A stretch of 64,000 nt of DNA from an uncultured virus (IMG/VR IMGVR_UViG_3300031853_000026) (taxonomy: Duplodnaviria; Heunggongvirae; Uroviricota; Caudoviricetes), in the IMG/VR virus record IMGVR_UViG_3300031853_000026; one strand, 5' to 3'. Numbering within the stretch: position 1 is the first letter of the stretch; the number at the start of each line of letters is the position of its first letter. Below are positions 39,749-47,746 of the stretch, piece by piece. The position numbers were made by a program, and so were the translations under genes. The notes beneath the pieces are model-generated. The model ran no database searches. It was given only the letters and a program-made list of their open reading frames with translations, and had not been told where the DNA came from.

Positions 39749-40081
39749 ATGGCAAACAAAAAAATAATTTACGAAGGAACCTTCACTCTTCCGGCTGCAT
39801 CTGATTCAGAGCAGAAGGAAGAAGAGTATAGTGTCCTTCTTGAAGTGGCAGATCCCCTTGAGCCTCACTTTTCTGAGAGAGAGGCTTGGGAACGAGCCAT
39901 CCAAAATCAATACGAAATGTTTGAGGTCAAATCTCTTTGCGCCTTGGCTGATAAGAAGAATGAATTCAGAGGTTTTGAATTCGCTCTTCGTCTGAAAAGG
40001 TGTGATACTGGATCTGAACACAAAACAATCCTCCACATCAGACCGCGTATCCTTCACGCGGGAAAATTTATTAACTATTAA
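39749..40081 (+). CDS. Hypothetical protein
   Basis: 110-aa ORF. Confidence 0.8.
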   Translation: MANKKIIYEGTFTLPAASDSEQKEEEYSVLLEVADPLEPHFSEREAWERAIQNQYEMFEVKSLCALADKKNEFRGFEFALRLKRCDTGSEHKTILHIRPRILHAGKFINY

Positions 40082-40098
40082 TTAACAACAAAAACACA

Positions 40099-40395
40099 AT
40101 GGTAATAAACACAATTATTCTCAGCTTCCATTTCCTCTGGATTACGGAAGCTACGTGGGGTAAGATGTCAATATTCTTCCTCATTGTAACAGTGATTTTG
40201 GCCCTTTTTTCTATCCCAGGATGGAAGAAAAGAAGTTCAATTGCATTGTACGGATCTCCGTATAATGACGATTGTCCAAAGAACTGGGAGAAAGTAATTC
40301 CTTTCTTCTGGGTTTTTCTAGTTCTTACTTTTGTCTCAACCTTTGGTTGGACCATAAGCAAGGACGAGATTGACGCAATCGCTGCCGCAATGTAA
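40099..40395 (+). CDS. Small membrane protein
   Basis: Two to three hydrophobic segments; CA-rich tail and terminator follow. Confidence 0.8.
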   Translation: MVINTIILSFHFLWITEATWGKMSIFFLIVTVILALFSIPGWKKRSSIALYGSPYNDDCPKNWEKVIPFFWVFLVLTFVSTFGWTISKDEIDAIAAAM

Positions 40396-40464
40396 TCGCA
40401 CCACACACCTCTTTCTAATAAAAGAACATAAATAATGAAACGTTTATGTTCTTTTATTTTTATT

Positions 40465-40558
40465 CCCCTTAAACCCTTAATATTGAAGAAAATATAAACA
40501 ATTTTAAGTTTATATTTTCTTTTATTTTTCTTTGCTATCAAACAATAATTAACAATTT
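40465..40558 (+). promoter_or_regulatory. Promoter-like motif + hairpin + U-tract + TTTGCTATC leader
   Basis: CCCCTTAAACCCTTAATATTGAAGAAAATATAAAC...GTTTATATTTTCTT...TTTTTCTTTGCTATC; close to the reverse complement of 56560-56648. Confidence 0.7.
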
Positions 40559-40606
40559 TTTATTAACCCGAGGGAAACATGTTTCCCTCATAAAAATTAA
40601 AATATT

Positions 40607-42013
40607 ATGAGTACAATAAATTTCGCACAGAATGGCGCACAGAACAATAACGTCGACCTCAAGAGAACGGTATTTACTACCTCTAACAGCACCAGACGCT
40701 TTTTTGTCTATGGTGTGACAACGAGGGAAGAGGCCGCAAGGACCCTAAACGACTACTTGTCGAAGAAGGGTGTCAGCTTCACTCCTCTTTTTGAGAAGGA
40801 TATGTCAGATCCGTTCATTTCGGACTGGCGTGCTCACCAAATCGAGGTTGACAGACTCAAGGTTCATCCTGAAGAAATCGACGACGGCACTGGAGAGCCT
40901 GGCAAGATCAGTTACGTGGAGGAAGTATTCTTCACACGCGTATTGAGACACATTGCCCAAGACCCCTGCCAAGTGTCGAGAGTGCTTGAATTCCAGTCTT
41001 ATACGCTGGTATTCGGTCACAAACGGGTTGAATTCTGGGCGCACGAGGGAATTGCCGCTGAAATGGCACGAGAGGTTATCATTGAGGATTACCTCTTGGA
41101 CAGCGTCAATGGAGATTCTTCGTCAACTCCCATTGAAGATATTAAGTTGCGTGGCCTCTGGCTACCGACTGAAATGTTTCTCAATGAAGAGGGAGATTTC
41201 GACAAGGACAAGATATTTAATGATCTTACTACAAAACCTCCGATGTCGAATATTCCTATCCTTCACAACATGGCGGTGAGCATCTTGTCTCAGCGTCGCA
41301 TTGTAGAAGATATGGATTTCCGGTTCTTCTGGAGATTCTTATCTTCATACCTGCAGCCAATCATTCCCGACTGGTTGGTAGAGTATAGACTTTACTGCAT
41401 CGATTTTAAAGATGCAGTTATCGAGTTCTATATGTACCACCGACTGGATCCTGAGGTTGAGGTAAATTCCAACGTCATGAAAGCATTCCCGGATCTTGGC
41501 ATGACCAGGGACGAAGCCGATGAAGTCGTAAATAAATATACGGCAGAACACAACGGCACGGTCACTGTGATTGACTACACAAGAGACGAGAACTGTGATC
41601 CATACATCCAAGCCGACAAGTTCGTAGACTTCCTTCAGAAGGCTACTGACGCAAAGGGCATCAAGGACGGAGTGGATGATGAAGGCTTCATGAAGATCCT
41701 CTACTTCTTTGTATGGATCATTAAGAGGATTCCGAACCTGTCGGAAAAAGAGCTTGAGGATATGTTGGTTGGGACCAAACTTGGCAAAGTTGCTGAGTTC
41801 TTGGCAAATTACTCTGCAACCTGGACAAACATCCCTGTAGTATCCCTGTTTAGGTTCATTTCAGATGCAGTTACCCTACTTGGCAGAGTACACTTCTGGT
41901 ATGACCCAACACACATCAACCCCAACAGCGTCTACGATGAGTATCCGGAGTTACCATGCATCTCATTTGGTGGTGACTTCCGTGGAACGTTAAAGAATCT
42001 CTTTAACGTTTAA
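40607..42013 (+). CDS. Hypothetical protein (higher GC)
   Basis: 468-aa ORF. Confidence 0.9.
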   Translation: MSTINFAQNGAQNNNVDLKRTVFTTSNSTRRFFVYGVTTREEAARTLNDYLSKKGVSFTPLFEKDMSDPFISDWRAHQIEVDRLKVHPEEIDDGTGEPGKISYVEEVFFTRVLRHIAQDPCQVSRVLEFQSYTLVFGHKRVEFWAHEGIAAEMAREVIIEDYLLDSVNGDSSSTPIEDIKLRGLWLPTEMFLNEEGDFDKDKIFNDLTTKPPMSNIPILHNMAVSILSQRRIVEDMDFRFFWRFLSSYLQPIIPDWLVEYRLYCIDFKDAVIEFYMYHRLDPEVEVNSNVMKAFPDLGMTRDEADEVVNKYTAEHNGTVTVIDYTRDENCDPYIQADKFVDFLQKATDAKGIKDGVDDEGFMKILYFFVWIIKRIPNLSEKELEDMLVGTKLGKVAEFLANYSATWTNIPVVSLFRFISDAVTLLGRVHFWYDPTHINPNSVYDEYPELPCISFGGDFRGTLKNLFNV

Positions 42014-42143
42014 TACACAGCGTACTCTAACTTAATTAAAAACCCGTAAAATCATTAATTTGAATTTTACGGGTTTCTTTTCTTCAAACCCTTATATATG
42101 AACACATTAACAATTAAATTTTTATTAACTAAAACATAAAAAA

Positions 42144-42518
42144 ATGGCAGAACTTATAAACCTTACACCCCACGCCATCAATTTCTTAGATGGCAGGGTA
42201 ATCCCGAGTGAAGTTCCGGGAACAACGACGGAGGAGCGTATAGCAAACGCTCCCAGGTTGGTTGCCAAAGACCCAACCTCCACGGAAGAGGACCTCGTGC
42301 TTGACGGCACTACGGTGCACGTATGGCACGACCCCAACCCCACAGAGATCGTTGGTCTTCCGGCACCGCAGGAGGGTGTTATATACATAGTATCCATGCC
42401 TGTTGCTACTGCAGCAGCCGCACTGGGACGTACAGATGTATACTCTCCTGCATCCAGGAAACCTGGAGCTACCAAGGACGGTACAATGAAAGTGCCAGGC
42501 CTCGTAAACTTCCACTAA
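42144..42518 (+). CDS. Phage hypothetical protein, NLTPH family
   Basis: INLTPH...IVGLPAP.EGVIYIVS...GRTDV.SP pattern, which I recognise as recurrent in phage hypothetical proteins. Confidence 0.8.
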   Translation: MAELINLTPHAINFLDGRVIPSEVPGTTTEERIANAPRLVAKDPTSTEEDLVLDGTTVHVWHDPNPTEIVGLPAPQEGVIYIVSMPVATAAAALGRTDVYSPASRKPGATKDGTMKVPGLVNFH

Positions 42519-42740
42519 AGAGGATTAAAGTACTGTTTTTACTGTCTTAACGGTATTCCAAAAAAGGGAGATTGACTGCTGTTGAAACTCCCATGGTGAA
42601 CTACACAACAACCACCAAAACCAAAAACACAGCAAACTAAACATCACACACTAACCCTGTGTGGTGTTTTTTTTTGCTCCCGTCAAATTCTTTATATTGA
42701 ATTAATAGAAAAAAAATAAATCTCATTAATAAATATAAAA

Positions 42741-43199
42741 ATGGACAAAAACATATTGCTGGTTCCTACAACCGGAAAGAAGAACACTATTACTGTTGTA
42801 AATAAGTGGGATGCGAATGATGCGGACTATGAAACTAAAATATTTGAAATAGATCCGGAAAAATTCTTCAACAACGATAAATTGATCTATGTATTGGCAT
42901 ATGTCACAACCCCGTATAACTTCAAAGGTCACGGATGGAATGAATCTAAATTCAGACATCATATACCAGAGAATGAAGATATCGATGACATTTTGGATAT
43001 TCTCGACGATGCTAATTTCTTGATTCGTACTGAATATACGGATTATGAACCGTGTCATTCAGTCGAAAAGATTGATATGACCTATTACGATGAGAATGGA
43101 ACACCGTTTACTATTTCATTCTCTAATATCAGAAAAGATTGGGAAAACATGACATATGAAGAGATCTGCGATTTTATTAACAATATTCCAAGAAAATAA
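42741..43199 (+). CDS. Hypothetical protein
   Basis: 152-aa ORF; WDANDADY motif. Confidence 0.8.
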   Translation: MDKNILLVPTTGKKNTITVVNKWDANDADYETKIFEIDPEKFFNNDKLIYVLAYVTTPYNFKGHGWNESKFRHHIPENEDIDDILDILDDANFLIRTEYTDYEPCHSVEKIDMTYYDENGTPFTISFSNIRKDWENMTYEEICDFINNIPRK

Positions 43200-43204
43200 A
43201 AAAA

Positions 43205-44704
43205 ATGGAACAAGAAAAAGCAACAAAGAATTCGTATTTCACAGGTGATCTTCCATGGGTTATAACTGGAAAGTATGCATCCTGTAACTGCTATATCAGA
43301 ACATACGATGAGGAAGTTCTGAGTCAGGTATATAAGCTTCTTGACTGTCCTGCATTCAAAGGCCAACAAGTAGCTCTTATGTCTGATGCTCATGTAGGTG
43401 CTTCTGGTCCATGTGGATTAGTAGCTACTATCGGAGATTATGTATGTCCTGAACATATCGGCGTTGATATCGGATGCTCTGTATCTGTAATGCTTCTTGA
43501 CAAACCAATTCCTGAAGAGAAATATGCGGATTGGGAACATAAAGTGAAGCAAACAATCCCGTCTGGTAAGAACATTAACGAGAGATCTGTCATCGTGGAT
43601 AAAGATTTTTACAAGTTCTTGACTAATGGTTTCAACAAATACAGGAACTATTGGCCTGAAATGCTTGGTGATCTTCCCTCAAAAGTCGATGAGAAATGGA
43701 TATCTGATGTTCTGAAAAGAATCGGAATGGATGAAGGTTATTTTTATAAATCTCTTGGTACAATTGGTGGTGGAAACCACTTCATAGAGTACGGAGAGGA
43801 TGAAAATAAAGAGCATTTTGGCGTAATACTTCATTTCGGATCTCGTAATTTTGGTCTCAAAGTCTGCAAATATTGGATGACATTCACAACATCTCCAATG
43901 TCAAAAGCAGAAAGAAAAGACAAAGAAAAAGAAATTACTGCTAAATTCAAAGAAGAGTGGAAGAAATCTGGTAAGAGTATGAGAGAGTTTAAAGATGCTC
44001 TCAAGAAACATGTAACAGTAGAAATGGAAAAGCTCGAGAATCAAGAGGGCTTTATTTGTGGTTATCTTACTGGGGATCTCATGAAAAGCTACCTTCAAGA
44101 TATGTGTTTGGCTCAACTCTATGCTGAATACAATCACATCGTAGTTCAAAACAGAATAAAAGACATGTTGTTGATCTATGGTGTAAAGGTAGAATCATCA
44201 CTCAAATCCGTTCATAATTTTATAGACCTCCACGACCATTGCTTGAGAAAATCAGCTATAAGGGCGTATGAAGAGGATGGTCTGATGGTAATCCCATTCA
44301 ATATGAAGGACGGAACAGCTATCTGTAAAGGAAAGAGCAACCCAATGTGGCTCAACTCAGCTCCTCATGGTGCTGGTAGAAGCTATTCAAGGGGTGAAGC
44401 TAAAAGACTCCTTGAAAGATCTACTCGTTACTTTGAATTATTGGACGCTGGTAAAGATGTTAGTGGATTTTCTGATGATGAAGTGAAACTCCTTACCGAA
44501 TTCTCTATGAAGAATTTTAGAGATGAGATGAAGGATGTTTATTCTACTTCTGTCTGTGAATCTACTATAGACGAAGCACCTTTCGTTTATAAATCCAGCA
44601 CTGAAATTCGATCCATAATGGAGCCTGATACATGTGACGTATTGTATCTGCTCAAACCGAAAATCAACATAAAGGCAACAGACGGAGAAGCTACAGCCGC
44701 ATAG
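43205..44704 (+). CDS. rtcB: RtcB-family RNA ligase
   Basis: MSDAH, GVDIGC, GTIGGGNHFIE, HFGSR, VHN, SAPHGAGR, DEAPFVYK. Confidence 0.93.
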   Translation: MEQEKATKNSYFTGDLPWVITGKYASCNCYIRTYDEEVLSQVYKLLDCPAFKGQQVALMSDAHVGASGPCGLVATIGDYVCPEHIGVDIGCSVSVMLLDKPIPEEKYADWEHKVKQTIPSGKNINERSVIVDKDFYKFLTNGFNKYRNYWPEMLGDLPSKVDEKWISDVLKRIGMDEGYFYKSLGTIGGGNHFIEYGEDENKEHFGVILHFGSRNFGLKVCKYWMTFTTSPMSKAERKDKEKEITAKFKEEWKKSGKSMREFKDALKKHVTVEMEKLENQEGFICGYLTGDLMKSYLQDMCLAQLYAEYNHIVVQNRIKDMLLIYGVKVESSLKSVHNFIDLHDHCLRKSAIRAYEEDGLMVIPFNMKDGTAICKGKSNPMWLNSAPHGAGRSYSRGEAKRLLERSTRYFELLDAGKDVSGFSDDEVKLLTEFSMKNFRDEMKDVYSTSVCESTIDEAPFVYKSSTEIRSIMEPDTCDVLYLLKPKINIKATDGEATAA

Positions 44705-44709
44705 TAACT

Positions 44710-44798
44710 CCTCTAAGCCTTATTTCTGATGAAGATATAAACAGAATTAGTTTATATCTTCTTCTTTTTCTTTTGCTATCGAACACAATTAACAATTT
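44710..44798 (+). promoter_or_regulatory. Promoter-like motif + hairpin + U-tract + TTTGCTATC leader
   Basis: CCTCTAAGCCTTATTTCTG-ATGAAGATATAAAC...GTTTATATCTTC-TTCTTTTTCTTTTGCTATC. Confidence 0.65.
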
Positions 44799-44824
44799 TA
44801 TTAATTTTATTAAAAATAATAATT

Positions 44825-46303
44825 ATGAAAAACATTATTGACACAACACTTAACGGCCATAGATTTTTTAACATGGTCGACGCTAAACTTTTTCTTGAAG
44901 AGGCAGTAATTTGCCTGATCTCTTCGAGTGAATCAACAACTCTCTCGTCAATCAACGAATTGATCGTTGAGCGGAAGAAAGCCGGAGCAGATCCTACCCC
45001 ACTTGATCTTGGAGAAGAGAGGTTTACTCCCTTCGTCTTCAAGAAAGGGGAGGACCTCGTTGACGTGTCATCTTCTGGTTACGAATCCGACCGTGAAGGC
45101 ATTTACCTCACTGGCTCTAATTCTAACGGAGCCTATGTGATAAATGTCCGAAAAACTGGTGAAAAAACTGGTGAATTGGACAAAGGCCGGAGGCTTGTAA
45201 TTACAGGTCCTGGTGCCTTCCTGGCAGGACAGTACTGGTTCCCTGAATCGGTATCGGAGGAGGATGTTTGTTACACCATTTCCCCGAATCTCTTTGTAGA
45301 CACCGCTGGTAGGGTATTTTTCCTGGATTATTACAATCCGGAAAGGTATGTGATTCCATTGATTCAATTCATGAAGAAACACGATCCCGGTGTAACATCG
45401 GCAACGTTCTTCTACGAAGATGAATTGGATCACGGATTTGACATCAAGATCCTCTTCACAACAAATCCTGACGGATCTCGCACGGGTAACGTGTTTTCGT
45501 ACACGGTTACCAACCTTGGCAAACTGGAGCCTGTGGTAAAAATCCACTACGGCAGGTTTGTTGGTGACATGTGGAAGGAAGACATCAATCTCCCTCAAAT
45601 CCCTGGAGACTTGAGGGCTTTCAAGGATTGCCTGTTAAGAAGAAACACTAATGTGGAGTCTTCGGTACACAGCAATTTCGAGAAAGTACTTCTTGAACTG
45701 CTTGACATCCTTCTTTCCGAAGATCGTAGCGTGGATATTGCAGAGAGTGGAAGCTATAAGATCAGAGACAGCTTCACTCTGATTTTCTATTATTTTGATC
45801 AGGACTCGTTCCCATCAGAATGGGTTCCCCTGTTCAATGATAAGTTGAAGATCAAAGCTCCTGTAGTAACCGCAGACAGGTTCAGGAGATGGACTGGAAT
45901 AGATGATATTCCGTATGAGGTTCCGCTTACAGTGATCCCGTACAGGTTTGGAGTCTATCTGATGAATAAGACAGACAAAGGCTATCTCGGTCCTTTTGAG
46001 GACACAGAGCCCGTAATATTGTCCGACTTGTCAGATCAATATCCATCCCTGAAGAAAGTCGATCTCCACAACACAGTCTGGTTACCTTCGAGAAAGGTAA
46101 TGGTCAAAATAAACAAAAAGGCCATTGGTAAGTCCCGTCTCTGCACCCTTGATATGCTTGACACGAGGAGTAATTGTAGTACTGGAAAAGAATTCCCGTA
46201 CGAAACTACACTCGGTGAGGTAGAAGAGGGTTACACCTTCTATTTCTCAAAGCCTGACGGCAGCGAACCTCGTTGGGCAAGAGAAGAAGTATTAACTAAA
46301 TAG
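44825..46303 (+). CDS. Hypothetical protein (higher GC)
   Basis: 492-aa ORF. Confidence 0.9.
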   Translation: MKNIIDTTLNGHRFFNMVDAKLFLEEAVICLISSSESTTLSSINELIVERKKAGADPTPLDLGEERFTPFVFKKGEDLVDVSSSGYESDREGIYLTGSNSNGAYVINVRKTGEKTGELDKGRRLVITGPGAFLAGQYWFPESVSEEDVCYTISPNLFVDTAGRVFFLDYYNPERYVIPLIQFMKKHDPGVTSATFFYEDELDHGFDIKILFTTNPDGSRTGNVFSYTVTNLGKLEPVVKIHYGRFVGDMWKEDINLPQIPGDLRAFKDCLLRRNTNVESSVHSNFEKVLLELLDILLSEDRSVDIAESGSYKIRDSFTLIFYYFDQDSFPSEWVPLFNDKLKIKAPVVTADRFRRWTGIDDIPYEVPLTVIPYRFGVYLMNKTDKGYLGPFEDTEPVILSDLSDQYPSLKKVDLHNTVWLPSRKVMVKINKKAIGKSRLCTLDMLDTRSNCSTGKEFPYETTLGEVEEGYTFYFSKPDGSEPRWAREEVLTK

Positions 46304-46316
46304 AAGGGAGGTTATC

Positions 46317-46379
46317 ATGGGTATGGTAGTCTTTTGGATCATAGTATTGATTATAGTCTTCCTTTATGGAGGATGTTAA
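46317..46379 (+). CDS. Putative 20-aa hydrophobic peptide
   Basis: MGMVVFWIIVLIIVFLYGGC, between a stop codon and a terminator. Confidence 0.4.
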   Translation: MGMVVFWIIVLIIVFLYGGC

Positions 46380-46456
46380 TCAATAACTACTAACACAATA
46401 AAAAAAACATTATAGATACAACTTAAAATTGTTCTATAATGTTTTTTTTTTTCTTT

Positions 46457-46876
46457 TTAGTTTGTTAGGTCTACTTCACATCCTTTACTCTCGAAAAATT
46501 CTCGGAAGTGTTCGGATGTGACACCTGACCTCGGGATAGTTCTTACGAATTCACGGCAGAGTTTAGTTGCTTCGGATCTCTCCATAGCATACCAAACCGT
46601 AGCTCTTATACCCCAATCGTCTACACTCGTTAAAAAGAAATAAGTAACGCCAGTTCTTACTGGTACTTTTCTTTTTCTTGTTGTAATGGGGTGGTGAATC
46701 ACACAGTAGAATGGGTTAATTTCATAACCATAGAAGTGATCGAATGCTTCTTCATCGGTTACTCTTACCCAATTTCTGAACACTGAATCCTCTTCCTTCA
46801 CCATAGCCATGGAATCAGGACAGAATTTTCTGTGTCTTCTGTGTGGATAGATGGGTTTTCTCTTCTCGTCTGTCAT
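46457..46876 (-). CDS. Hypothetical protein
   Basis: 139-aa ORF overlapping the upstream stop. Confidence 0.8.
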   Translation of the reverse strand: MTDEKRKPIYPHRRHRKFCPDSMAMVKEEDSVFRNWVRVTDEEAFDHFYGYEINPFYCVIHHPITTRKRKVPVRTGVTYFFLTSVDDWGIRATVWYAMERSEATKLCREFVRTIPRSGVTSEHFREFFESKGCEVDLTN

Positions 46877-47559
46877 GGTTTCATCTCCATTATTTGAAAA
46901 TATTCAGACAGATCCAGTCCGCAGTTATGAAGTTCTTCCCTCCAGTTTACGCTGGCAAAGGATTTCCATTCAGCGTCTTGTCTGCTGAAGCTGCATTTTC
47001 TATCCCTTTCGGGAAGTCTGGTTATAAATTCTTTAGCCAGTTTGCTCTTTTTCTCAAGAACCCCGAGAATTTCAGGCCGAATGTGAGAGAAGAATCCCTG
47101 CATTTCCACATCAGCTTCTGGCCTGTCTAAGCAATCCGTGAAGTTGCTTAAGATGACACTGATGGCGTGAAGCTCATACATTTTTTGGAAATTGAACTGA
47201 CCATTCACCTTTCCTATTATTTTCTGTCCATGCTCAGGATCCATGAGGATTTCTTTTCCGGCTTTCGCTACGAAATGGACTATTGATCCCCTATCAATTT
47301 GTCTGTTAAAGGGGTCTACATAGACAGTTGCAAACTTGAATGAGTAGCTTCCGTGTCTTACATAAGACTCGAGAAATGTAGCAACCCCATAATAAGGGGC
47401 TCCGATGATGAACTGCTCTCCAAAGACAGCGTTCTTCATGAACTTTGGGAAGGGGAGTTCTTCTTTCTCCATCTTCTCCTTTATCTTTTCCGGGAGTATT
47501 ATTCCATTCCTTTCGAGTAGGTCTCCCGGGTGGGGTAGGTTATCTTTTGTTGTTGTCAT
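46873..47559 (-). CDS. Hypothetical protein
   Basis: 228-aa ORF with promoter-like motif at about 47593-47612. Confidence 0.85.
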   Translation of the reverse strand: MTTTKDNLPHPGDLLERNGIILPEKIKEKMEKEELPFPKFMKNAVFGEQFIIGAPYYGVATFLESYVRHGSYSFKFATVYVDPFNRQIDRGSIVHFVAKAGKEILMDPEHGQKIIGKVNGQFNFQKMYELHAISVILSNFTDCLDRPEADVEMQGFFSHIRPEILGVLEKKSKLAKEFITRLPERDRKCSFSRQDAEWKSFASVNWREELHNCGLDLSEYFQIMEMKP

Positions 47560-47615
47560 TTTTTTTATTATTTATTTATTTGTTTGTTAATTCATTAGTT
47601 AGGGTTTCAAGGAGC

Positions 47616-47712
47616 AAAAAAAAAAGACCCCCACCACCAAATCTTGTCTCACGACGGTGTTTTGGTATGGGTTTGGTGGGGGTGTAGAACTATTTCGCTA
47701 CTAATAATCAAC
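47616..47712 (-). ncRNA. Candidate small structured RNA 3 (or elaborate terminator)
   Basis: Promoter-like CTTGAATGCCTTATACATG (47712-47730), long GC stem ACCCCCACCA...TGGTGGGGGT capped by GTC-GTGA-GAC, then T10. Confidence 0.45.
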
Positions 47713-47746
47713 ATGTATAAGGCATTCAAGTAATATTAGCTGGAAA

